Source: Savitreella phatthalungensis (Eukaryota). Taken from it: a DNA stretch of 64,000 nucleotides. Where the stretch lies: contig AP039715.1 of NCBI GenBank assembly GCA_051599415.1, forward strand, positions 248,001-312,000, in the 5' to 3' direction. The notes beneath the pieces are model-generated. The model was given only the letters and a program-made list of their open reading frames with translations, made no database searches and was not told the DNA's origin. Of this stretch, positions 32,323-41,275 are shown in pieces (the stretch's first letter is position 1; every line of letters begins with the position of its first letter). The position numbers and the translations under genes are program-made.

Positions 32323-32631
32323 CGAAGCGTGTCTCGAGTCCGAGGACTGACGTATAAGGAACAGCTGAAGCGACCGTTCACGCCAGCGTCAGCGTCAATG
32401 TCACAGCTGTGACTCTAGGAAGAAAGAGAGGACGATGAAGATGAGTGGTAGGGCAAAGGAAGTCTGTCTAGGTGATCAAGTAAGTCAGTAGAGTGCGACC
32501 TGTCAGAAAGTTTAAAAAACTTCCGAGTTGCAGTTCACATGCACAATTGCAAATCACTCCATTGATCACTCTACTGCAAAAATAGAAAATACTCTCTCAC
32601 ACACACACCAGACCAAGTGAAGCACAGTTCC

Positions 32632-32655
32632 CAAGTACAAGTACAAGTACAAGTA
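32632..32655. repeat. (CAAGTA)4 hexanucleotide repeat upstream of RPC17
   Basis: Read directly from the sequence. Confidence 0.8.
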
Positions 32656-32690
32656 GGAGTACGAGTATTGAAGTAGAGTCTGCTTCGGTA

Positions 32691-33176
32691 ATGAAAGTGT
32701 TGGAGCAGAGGTCAGCATTCTTATCTGATCTGGAAGTTGATGGTGTACTCAATGAGCTAGCAGCTAGACAAGAAGCACTTGTCTCCCAAGGTGCAAGCTA
32801 CAGCACCGCCCTCGATAGCGAGAACCTCAGAACGATCCAGTATGAACTGAAAGAGTATCTCGACAAGAGTCCATGCAGTCTATACAAGATTGAGCAGATG
32901 CGTTCTCTCCTTCAACAACTCAAGCAGTGGCCACTCACAAAAGTCGAGAAACTGATGATCATCAATCAGCTTCCAAACTGCAGAGCAGAGTTGGAACCTC
33001 TGGTCGATGAGCTAGACACCAGGTTTGACGATGATCAAGTCGAAGAGCTTTTGGGAATTATCATCTCTACGCTAGGCAAGAGACCAGCCGGAGGTGATGG
33101 AGATGATGGAGAAGTCGTTAGTGGAACTGCTACAGACGATACTTCCATGATGGATGCAGAGACAGTGACAACCTGA
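32691..33176 (+). CDS. RPC17: RNA polymerase III subunit Rpc17 (RPC9/CRCP, Rpb4 family)
   Basis: MKVLEQRSAFLSDLEV, NLRTIQYELKEYL, LTKVEKLMIINQLP, LVDELDTRF. Confidence 0.85.
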   Translation: MKVLEQRSAFLSDLEVDGVLNELAARQEALVSQGASYSTALDSENLRTIQYELKEYLDKSPCSLYKIEQMRSLLQQLKQWPLTKVEKLMIINQLPNCRAELEPLVDELDTRFDDDQVEELLGIIISTLGKRPAGGDGDDGEVVSGTATDDTSMMDAETVTT

Positions 33177-33435
33177 GGATGCAAGGATATAGATAGCTAT
33201 GACCTGACAACGATACAGCTGACAATGATAATGATAAGATATGAGAATGACATGGAACCCAGGTAGTCTACACAGAGCTGATGACTCGGTTGCTTTGCTT
33301 GCTATAGTCTTTGATGGTTGTGTTGTGAAGGTGTTTGTTGTGCATCTGACCTCGACGTTGCTGACTCTGTACTCGTTTGCATACACATATGCACACATAC
33401 ACACGTACAGAAGTATATACACACATATACATACA

Positions 33436-33455
33436 ACACACACACACACACACAC
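33436..33455. repeat. (AC)10 microsatellite in an RY-alternating tract
   Basis: Read directly from the sequence. Confidence 0.85.
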
Positions 33456-33707
33456 GACGTCACTATACACCTCTTGAGACCCTTGACCATTGACAGCTAG
33501 CTAATATAAGAACTGCGCATCAAGGATCGTCGTTCCTTCATCGCCGCACCAGTCCTTTTACTCCCAATCATTTTCACAGTCATCCGAGTCTCGTGACGAG
33601 CACGTTCTGCAATTATACACGACAGCTAGTTCAAAGCGTATCAGCAAGCCGTTGAGCAGGCGCGACAGCAACCGTGCTCAATCTCAACGGCCACGCTTCG
33701 TTCTTCA

Positions 33708-36635
33708 ATGAGTCTATCGGCTCTGCAAAAATCTGCACCAATTGATGAAGCAGATGATGTATCAAGCGACCTCACAAGTCTAGGTGATATGGAATCTTTG
33801 GCTTCGTTGTCGCCCATTGTGGAGCGCAAGGCAATGGTCTCAGACGTGGAGGATGCAACGTTAACGAGACCAGTAAGCTCGCCGGTGCCCGACTTTCTTG
33901 GATACACAACACCCCCCAGAAAATCTGCAGCCTCGGTCGTCGTGCAATCGAGAGTTTCTACACAGAGCGCTTCTCCAACCACACCGCGCAAGCGCAAGCG
34001 ATCTAGTGGTAAGTCAGCGAAGCGCTCTCTTCCTGCTGAGATGAGCGGACCACCTACCAAAACCATTTCTGAACGTCCGAAGAAGCGACCTGCCTCCACT
34101 CACAGCCAACGTGGTGGGTTTGGCAGCGCTTCAAGGCCAATCACGGTCGAAGACAGCTGTATGGACGAGCTCACGCTTGACCATATCCAAGAACCCGTAT
34201 TCGCAGTGAGCGGGAGCTCTGCTACCGAGAGTATCGCGCACAGCACAGAGTCCTCGGGATCCGGGCATTGCTCACCACAAAGTTCTTTTACGGAATCCGT
34301 TAAAGCTGTCGATCCAGAGACAAGTGGACCAGCCTCCTCATCGTCAGTACCCGCGACAATCGAGCAGATCGGCGATGCGCGACCGCTGGCTCGAGGCTTC
34401 GTCAAATTGAGGAAGCCTGTGATACGAGGCAAGACAAGACGCCGCACTGAATGTGCCCTGCATAGATGTGATATGTCCAAAGAAGAACTCACTTCTCCGG
34501 AGAGCTTCCTACAAAACGGAACTTGCAAGACTCGCCAGATGCAGCACATTCTCCAGGATATCTGCAGAGCATGTCGTACACGCGCCTCCGGCGACTGCTC
34601 CTGTCGCGCCGTCGGCCTCCGTCGATTCCTGCCGTCCTCATCATCTCGCAGCAGGCCAACGACCGCCTCAACCATCACATCGGCAACCGATCAGGATTCA
34701 CCTTTGACCGAAGCGCAGACGGAGGCCGTCTCGGAAGACTGGCAGAACGTGGCACGCAGGTATGTTCTTGACCACGGAAAGACACATCAAGCGTTTTTCA
34801 ACTCTGCGCCCCCAGCGACGACTATCTTGCCAAGCGACCTTCTTCTCAGCTTGCAGCTCATGGCTCCGAATATCTCGACGCTCATGGCTGCAGAAGCTGC
34901 ACATGCAAAGAATCCTCAAACACTTTATCGTCCCCGCGAGCCACGACTTCGGCCCATGTGTGATGCATGTGCGACCACCATATTCTCCGGTCACTGGGTG
35001 TGCTACTGCTGTTTCAGGGAGTTCTGTCTTGACTGTATTAAGGAATGGGATGATTCCGCCCTCACGACCGAGAACTATCACGTCGGTCTCTGCGTCAGTG
35101 AATCGACCGGCGCCGCTGGTGCCTTACGTCCCACAGCACACACGAAAGCCCTACTGGTGCCGTACACACGAACCACATCCGCCGAGTTTGCAGACGTCGA
35201 TCTGCAGCTCGCCCTGCTTCAAGAGCTCGTACCTTCAATGGTCGAGCCGATACTCGAAAACGCTTCACGCGACCCTATCGAGGACGTCACAATGGATCCT
35301 CTTTCGGCCAAATTCGCTCGCTCGCATATCGACCGCATGGACGACGCAGCATTTGAAAGACATTGGCGGACGGGAGAACCACTCCTATTGCAGGGCTTTG
35401 CGGGGAGATTTGCGCTGGACTGGACCCCCGAGGGCTTCACACGCGAGTTTGGCGACCAAGAAACGGAACTGGTCAACGTCGTCGCCCGCACTGTCTGGGT
35501 ATCGACGATTGGCTCATTCTTCCGCGCGCTCGAGCATCCGAACACTGCCGCTACAGACACCGCAGACGACCCAACGCGTCACCTGAAGCTCAACGACTGG
35601 CCTGATGTCGAAGACTTTGCGGAAGCGATGCCTTCGCGTTTCACAGACTTTGACTCAGCACTCCCATTTCCACAGTACACGCGGCGGAAAGGCGCAATGA
35701 ATCTCGCGACCTATTTTCCTCCGGACTTGCTTCCTCCGGACCTTGGTCCGAAACTCTACTGCGCCGGCGCGTCTTCCGATGCTCCGGGCCATCAGGGAAC
35801 CACCGTCCTCCACATGGACATGACTGACGCCGTCAACATCATGACGTGGTCCTCGCACGACCCCTTGACCTCCACACGTCCGGGCGCCGCCGTTTGGGAC
35901 ATCTTCCCACACGATGCTCTCCCCTTCCTCCGACGCTACATGCTCCTGCACGTCGTGGACCGCAATGACGCCTCGCAAGCCTTGATGGACGACCCGATCC
36001 GGCGTGCTCGGTACTACTTGACTACTGCTGACCTAGCAGCTCTCTCGCTTCCTGAGAACGGCGGTGTGAAACCTTGGCGAATCTACCAGAACGTGGGCGA
36101 GGCCGTTTTCATCCCTGCAGGTTGCGCTCACCAAGTCTGCAACCTGGCCGGGTGTATCAAGGTCGCTTGCGATTTCGTCTCCCCTCACCACGCCCTCCGA
36201 TCCCACACCATCCTCCACGCCGACAGGAAACTCGCTCCTCTAGCACCCCGAGAAGACGTCCTCCAACTAAAAAACATCCTCTTCTTCGCTTGGCGTGCAG
36301 CCTTCTGCTTCATCGCTCCATCACCAACACCACCAATCACCTCCACCACATCATCCACAGCCAACCCTCCATCCGTCAGGAGATCCACGCGCACCGATAC
36401 CGCGGGCAGCAGTGCGAGTAGAGGTGACGTGAGTCGGGATGCTGAGATGCTGAAAGACGCAGGTAGGAATCGATCGACTCTGATGCCTGCTCCACAGACG
36501 CTGGTCGGTCGATTGGCTGTTTCGGAGGAGGTGGGAGTGACGAGAGAAGAGCAAGTCAGGAAAGCTTTGGTCAATCTCAAGACTGCAGTCATGGACAATG
36601 CACGTATCGCGGTCCATGGACGCACTCCATCGTAG
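33708..36635 (+). CDS. JmjC histone demethylase, KDM3/JMJD1 (JHDM2) type, with C6 zinc finger
   Basis: CDACATTIFSGHWVCYCCFREFCLDC; FERHWRTGEP; LKLNDWP; LPFPQYTRRKGAMNLA; PDLGPKLY; GTTVLHMDMTDAVN; GAAVWDIF; GEAVFIPAGCAHQVCN; CIKVACDFVSP; EDVLQLKNILF. Confidence 0.88.
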   Translation: MSLSALQKSAPIDEADDVSSDLTSLGDMESLASLSPIVERKAMVSDVEDATLTRPVSSPVPDFLGYTTPPRKSAASVVVQSRVSTQSASPTTPRKRKRSSGKSAKRSLPAEMSGPPTKTISERPKKRPASTHSQRGGFGSASRPITVEDSCMDELTLDHIQEPVFAVSGSSATESIAHSTESSGSGHCSPQSSFTESVKAVDPETSGPASSSSVPATIEQIGDARPLARGFVKLRKPVIRGKTRRRTECALHRCDMSKEELTSPESFLQNGTCKTRQMQHILQDICRACRTRASGDCSCRAVGLRRFLPSSSSRSRPTTASTITSATDQDSPLTEAQTEAVSEDWQNVARRYVLDHGKTHQAFFNSAPPATTILPSDLLLSLQLMAPNISTLMAAEAAHAKNPQTLYRPREPRLRPMCDACATTIFSGHWVCYCCFREFCLDCIKEWDDSALTTENYHVGLCVSESTGAAGALRPTAHTKALLVPYTRTTSAEFADVDLQLALLQELVPSMVEPILENASRDPIEDVTMDPLSAKFARSHIDRMDDAAFERHWRTGEPLLLQGFAGRFALDWTPEGFTREFGDQETELVNVVARTVWVSTIGSFFRALEHPNTAATDTADDPTRHLKLNDWPDVEDFAEAMPSRFTDFDSALPFPQYTRRKGAMNLATYFPPDLLPPDLGPKLYCAGASSDAPGHQGTTVLHMDMTDAVNIMTWSSHDPLTSTRPGAAVWDIFPHDALPFLRRYMLLHVVDRNDASQALMDDPIRRARYYLTTADLAALSLPENGGVKPWRIYQNVGEAVFIPAGCAHQVCNLAGCIKVACDFVSPHHALRSHTILHADRKLAPLAPREDVLQLKNILFFAWRAAFCFIAPSPTPPITSTTSSTANPPSVRRSTRTDTAGSSASRGDVSRDAEMLKDAGRNRSTLMPAPQTLVGRLAVSEEVGVTREEQVRKALVNLKTAVMDNARIAVHGRTPS

Positions 36636-36772
36636 CAGTCTAGGGAGAACAAGTCAAACGTTATAGATTGAGATTGAGAGATGGCCTGCAGGGAGTAAAA
36701 GATAAAAAAGTCTGGCAAAAACGCTATAGCTTGGAAAACGATGGTGAAAAAAGAAAGATCAAAGGGTCTGGT

Positions 36773-39484
36773 TCATTGGGCCTGCTGAATGTACAGGCGA
36801 TTGAGCTTGGCGATGGATGCGCATAGTTCAGGCCACTCGATCGTTCTGGGAACGAGGTTGTCGTGTTCGACTGTGGATTCCGGGTTGGGAGATCCGGTGA
36901 TCTGGTGAGTGAATTGCACTGGTGGACTGGCAGGGGAGAAGGATGTGCCGATGGTGTGGGCGGTGTCGGGACTGGAGACAAGGTTTTCCGTGGCGTGGAA
37001 GAAGTGACGAGGTCGCATCATAGAGTCGCCATCGTCGTCAGTCGTGATCTCGTCACCGTCATCCATAGCAATCCCCCTACCTGAATCGCCACGATTGACG
37101 ATCCCCCTGTCCATCTCATCGGGGCCAGACCCACAACGAAGCGAGGACGTCGTCGAGGAAGCGTACGAAGAGACGGCAGCTGACTGGTCAGAAAGCGAGT
37201 CAGCTCTCGTATACGTAGGCAGGGAGGAAGACTGTTGCGGCACAGAAGTGTTTGGGAGTGACGCGGCGTGAGCGGTGCGCTGATCTCGATCGCTCTGCTG
37301 CTTCAGTCGACGTCGCCGAGAAGCGTCGTGCTGCGTCCATAGCAGAAGCTCGTACATGAACAGGAGGTTTGGCTGGATAATGACGTTGAGCCGACGAGCC
37401 CGGACGTAAATATATGCACTTGGGAGATCGAGATCGAGCCGGCGTGCAACTTCAGCGATACAGACGGACGCCGAGCGGGAGACGCCCACTCGACAGTGAA
37501 CGAGAACGGCCATGTTGCCTGCTCGAGCGCGCTCGATGAAGTCTAGACACGATTCTAGCTCGGACAGCAAGGAGTCAACGCCGTCGTCCTGCAGATCGTC
37601 AACGTATTTGTGGCGATGTGGTAGGTTGGCTTGTTTGTCGCCGTCTTCGGCGCGCGCACAAGTGTATGAAGGCGCTTCTCCGAGCGATAGGACTGCACCA
37701 ATCTCAAGCTCTCGCAGCATCCACACATTGTTGGCATGCTCGAGGTTGCCGAGATACAGATGCGGGAGAATCCGAGAGGGAAATGAACCGGTGAAGAGTG
37801 GGGACGAAGTGCTGGACATCCGTTTGCTCTGCCTTTGAGCTTCAACTGTCTGGGCTGTGGATGACTTTCGTGCAAGATCTGCAAGGCGGTCGGGATGGCC
37901 GAACCACGATGACAGAGGCGTGTGCAACGCACGATCCTTTGCAGCATCATCTTCTGGTGATGCACGAATCAACGCCTCTGCAGCATGTGTGATGGATGAG
38001 ACGTCCTCGGGGAATGCGTAAAATTCGCGCTTCGCCACTCTATGCAGGTAAAGCCAGGCCTGGTCCGGACGCAGGCAATGGGCAAAGATGATGTAGGCTA
38101 GGGCGAGGAAGGTAGTCTCGGTGTAGCCATCCCTGCATGTGATAAGTACCTTACGCTGTTGAGGTTGGTAAATCCGCTGGCCGCGGTCATCTGGAGTACG
38201 AACACTGAGCTCAGTGCCATTTGCATTCGCATAGATCCAACTGCATGCATCAACTACTGCGGCGAGCGCTTTGCCCGTATATCGCTGCACGCTTCCGCTG
38301 GACGGCATTGTTACCTCCAGCATGTCTCCCTCGCGCAGTTCGACCGTGAGGTCGTCAATGGACGGGATCTTTGCGTAGTCCTCGCAACGAATGTGTATCA
38401 GACATGGGTCTTCCTGTACGCACGTCGTCATGTCGTTCCAGTCCTCGTCTGTTCCGAGGAACACATTACGAGCAATTTCCGTGTAGCGAGACATCTGGTT
38501 CATTTCCTGGCGCTCGTTACGCACGAAGTCGATGTAGGAGCACTGTGTGCCTGCAGCCTCGATGCTGACAAGGTTGGTGAAACGAGGCGAAGCAATCTCA
38601 TGCCAATCATCCGTCAGTAAGAATGTTGAATACTTCGGGAGGTGCGGCCACTCTTGTCTGACTAGCTCTTGCGCATCGCGGGTGCGTTCGGCGACTTGTA
38701 CCGCGGCGATGGTCGGTTGTCGACCATCACAACGATGATCGTACACAATTATATCTGCCGTGACTGCAGACAGTGCAGGCTGGACTGCAAAGTTGCGCAG
38801 ATTGATACCAGTGCGTGGATGGCCGCGGAGAAAGCCTGGTTCAGCAGGGTCGTTGCTGAGGATGTCCTGAGGACGAAATGCTCCTTTGAGCTTGCCGTCG
38901 AAGACGTCTGGCTCTTCTACCTCCTGTGGATCCGCATGGATGATGATCGTGAAGCGTGCGCTCGCAGGTGGTTTTGCTTCTGTACGGCCGTGCTGAGAGA
39001 CAAAGAATTGCCACTGAGAGCCACCAGGGGTCTCCTTGACGCCGTGTAACCAGGGAAACATGTCCTGACTCGGTGGCAGCGCGGATCTGGCTTGCACATC
39101 GAGTGCGTGACTCAGCTGCGCAGCGGTGATCCTGTGAATTCCAGGCAGGCATTCCGGATAGTCTGACAATCGTGTCAGAGGCGAGCGAGAAACGCTTGAG
39201 AAAGGTGGCACTCTGAAGTCCATCGCTGATGTATGCACACATGCCGCTTGTACTGCTTTGTCAGGTGGACCTGGCTGAATGTGGCGTACTTGTGATTTCG
39301 AAGCTGCGTTGGAACTGCTCAATGGCCTGGCAGTACTTGTGCTGCCGCTGCTGAGAACGCCGTCACGGTCAGCGGTTGAGATGGCTGCGGTACTAGGCGT
39401 AGCTGCATTCACTGGAGCAGGGTTCTGTGAGGATCTGGGCGTGTATGTCGGCGTTGGGAAACTCCTATTGTCCAGTGCAAGCAT
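36773..39484 (-). CDS. PPS1: Dual-specificity protein phosphatase, Pps1 type
   Basis: MFPWLHG, degenerate first DSP motif ITCRDGYTET, FPSRILPHLYLGNL, catalytic VHCRVGVSRSAS, YVRARRLNVIIQPNLLFMYEL, EWPELC..IAKLN. Confidence 0.88.
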   Translation of the reverse strand: MLALDNRSFPTPTYTPRSSQNPAPVNAATPSTAAISTADRDGVLSSGSTSTARPLSSSNAASKSQVRHIQPGPPDKAVQAACVHTSAMDFRVPPFSSVSRSPLTRLSDYPECLPGIHRITAAQLSHALDVQARSALPPSQDMFPWLHGVKETPGGSQWQFFVSQHGRTEAKPPASARFTIIIHADPQEVEEPDVFDGKLKGAFRPQDILSNDPAEPGFLRGHPRTGINLRNFAVQPALSAVTADIIVYDHRCDGRQPTIAAVQVAERTRDAQELVRQEWPHLPKYSTFLLTDDWHEIASPRFTNLVSIEAAGTQCSYIDFVRNERQEMNQMSRYTEIARNVFLGTDEDWNDMTTCVQEDPCLIHIRCEDYAKIPSIDDLTVELREGDMLEVTMPSSGSVQRYTGKALAAVVDACSWIYANANGTELSVRTPDDRGQRIYQPQQRKVLITCRDGYTETTFLALAYIIFAHCLRPDQAWLYLHRVAKREFYAFPEDVSSITHAAEALIRASPEDDAAKDRALHTPLSSWFGHPDRLADLARKSSTAQTVEAQRQSKRMSSTSSPLFTGSFPSRILPHLYLGNLEHANNVWMLRELEIGAVLSLGEAPSYTCARAEDGDKQANLPHRHKYVDDLQDDGVDSLLSELESCLDFIERARAGNMAVLVHCRVGVSRSASVCIAEVARRLDLDLPSAYIYVRARRLNVIIQPNLLFMYELLLWTQHDASRRRRLKQQSDRDQRTAHAASLPNTSVPQQSSSLPTYTRADSLSDQSAAVSSYASSTTSSLRCGSGPDEMDRGIVNRGDSGRGIAMDDGDEITTDDDGDSMMRPRHFFHATENLVSSPDTAHTIGTSFSPASPPVQFTHQITGSPNPESTVEHDNLVPRTIEWPELCASIAKLNRLYIQQAQ

Positions 39485-39661
39485 GACGTTCCAAAGAGAT
39501 TCGGTACAGTCGGTGGGATAAAAGGTCCCTGGACGTGGGCTTCAATCGCTCGTGGATCAATGTGTCTGACTGTATCGTAAGTGTGATGATGAAGTCCTGG
39601 TGACGTTTATCGTGTCGGCGTGCGATGAGGCTGAGGTTACCTAACCTTGTCGAGTGATACG

Positions 39662-39722
39662 CTGGGGGCAAAGGTCAGCTCACGATTGCTTGGTCCTGCT
39701 CGAAACACTCGAGTCTACTGAC
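39662..39722 (-). other. Probable 61-nt 5'-UTR intron of PPS1
   Basis: GTCAGT donor, GCTGAC branch point, CCCCCAG acceptor; an in-frame stop lies between it and the ATG. Confidence 0.55.
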
Positions 39723-40598
39723 TTGTCTCGTCTAGGCAAGGCAAGTCCAGCCGTGTGACAATACCTGCGCGATGTGGTGGAGGAGGAGATAAAGTGCGGA
39801 TTGAGGTGCAGTAGCTGGGACCCAGGGAATCTTGGCAAAGGTATGTCTCCACTCAATGGCCGTTCAGTCTGTTACGTGTCTTGACAACGGTCTCGTGGAC
39901 TTTCCCACCTTGACAAAGAGTCTCGACCTTGACTTGTACGTGTCGCGTGACGCTTCCGTGTAGCGCGTGTAGAAGTAGAATGAAGCTTACACAACTTTAG
40001 CCTTGCGTGATAGGAGAGATGACGTCTGAGCGTCGGGATGAGTGTTTGGACGACACACTGAAACCGACTATCGGCTGGGAAACCGTCACAGGTTGATGGA
40101 TCCCGCCTGGCTCCTCACAGGAAGGTTGGCGACTATGCTGACAATGACTGTCAGATGGTCACTGGAAGTTATTCCACGTGACGTCGGAATCTGGTCGCTT
40201 GTGCGAGTACGTTTTAGCTTGATCAATACCAGTCACGAGCGGCCGAGCAGAGGTAGGGAGGCACTCTGTCTATGACGTCCGCGTTGACTGAAACGTCCGG
40301 GAAGTAGCTCGCTTTTCCCTGGCCTCCTGTGATGTCTTGTGTCTCTATGTCTGATACAGTACGACTGACTTGCTTGGCGTGCTTGCAGGCGGATGTCGCG
40401 AGCAGTGTGGGCTAAGCAGTAAGGAAACCTGCAGCACACCACAGGCAAACACAGAGATACGCCACGTCTGAGATCAGGAAGCCGAGCGAATCCCGTAGAC
40501 TTGGCGATAAGCTTTGGTTCCTATGACTGCCGATGCAGTGACTGATGCCTCGCTCCACGCCGGTCCACCTTGAAGACTTGGGATCACCCTGACTTCCA

Positions 40599-40622
40599 TC
40601 GTCGTCGTCGTCGTCGTCGTCG
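40599..40622. repeat. (TCG)8 microsatellite
   Basis: Read directly from the sequence. Confidence 0.85.
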
Positions 40623-41275
40623 TGTGATGGGTATAGTGACCCACCTGGTGGAGTGATTGATACGCTGTCCTGCCTCAGCCTGTCCTGCTCCGACTGCTGC
40701 TACTGCTTGACTCTGGTCACGAACCCTCGCGTGATTAACCTTCCAAGCTCACAGTCTGATTCAGGTCAAATGACGTTACTAAGGGTCTTGGCTTCCTCGG
40801 GCTATCTGGATTGGATTGGATGATACCATCGGAGAGAACCCGTCGATCTTCCGTGAGCATGCAGTCGAGCGTCACGAGATTGACACCCTATCTGAAACAC
40901 TAGCAATTTCGTGCAGCTCAGGGATTCATGCACAGATGTGATGAGCAGCTTGGATTATGGCCGCGTGACGTTTCAAAGGTTGATCCTTGATCCAATATTG
41001 ATATGTGGAGTCAATCAGATCATAATGCCGGCGCCAGAATCACGAGCATAGTCAATCATAATTAATCGAACACAACAGCCAACAAATACACAATTGATTG
41101 ATTGATCAACCAAACCTAGCGTACAGTGGGAAAGAAGTATACGGAGTGGTCCACTTGCCCTTCTGGCTACCGGGTATGAAGAGTAGCGCAGAGAGCACCG
41201 GATATCATCTAGCAGTCATCTTATATCCTATGTCATACTTTCGTCTCTCATCTCCAAGTTGTCGTGCCATCCATC

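Noticed and set aside
34762..35586. Long alternative-frame and antisense ORFs over real genes (also 11768-12496, 30653-31294, 55951-56652, 49880-50488)
   Set aside because: Shadow ORFs expected from GC-rich codon bias; low-complexity Arg/Ser/Pro translations with no family motifs.
36724..36981. Alternative-frame ORF at the PPS1 3' end ending in SKL (cryptic peroxisomal signal)
   Set aside because: No convincing splice or frameshift signal connects PPS1 to that frame; a terminal tripeptide match can arise by chance among many shadow ORFs.
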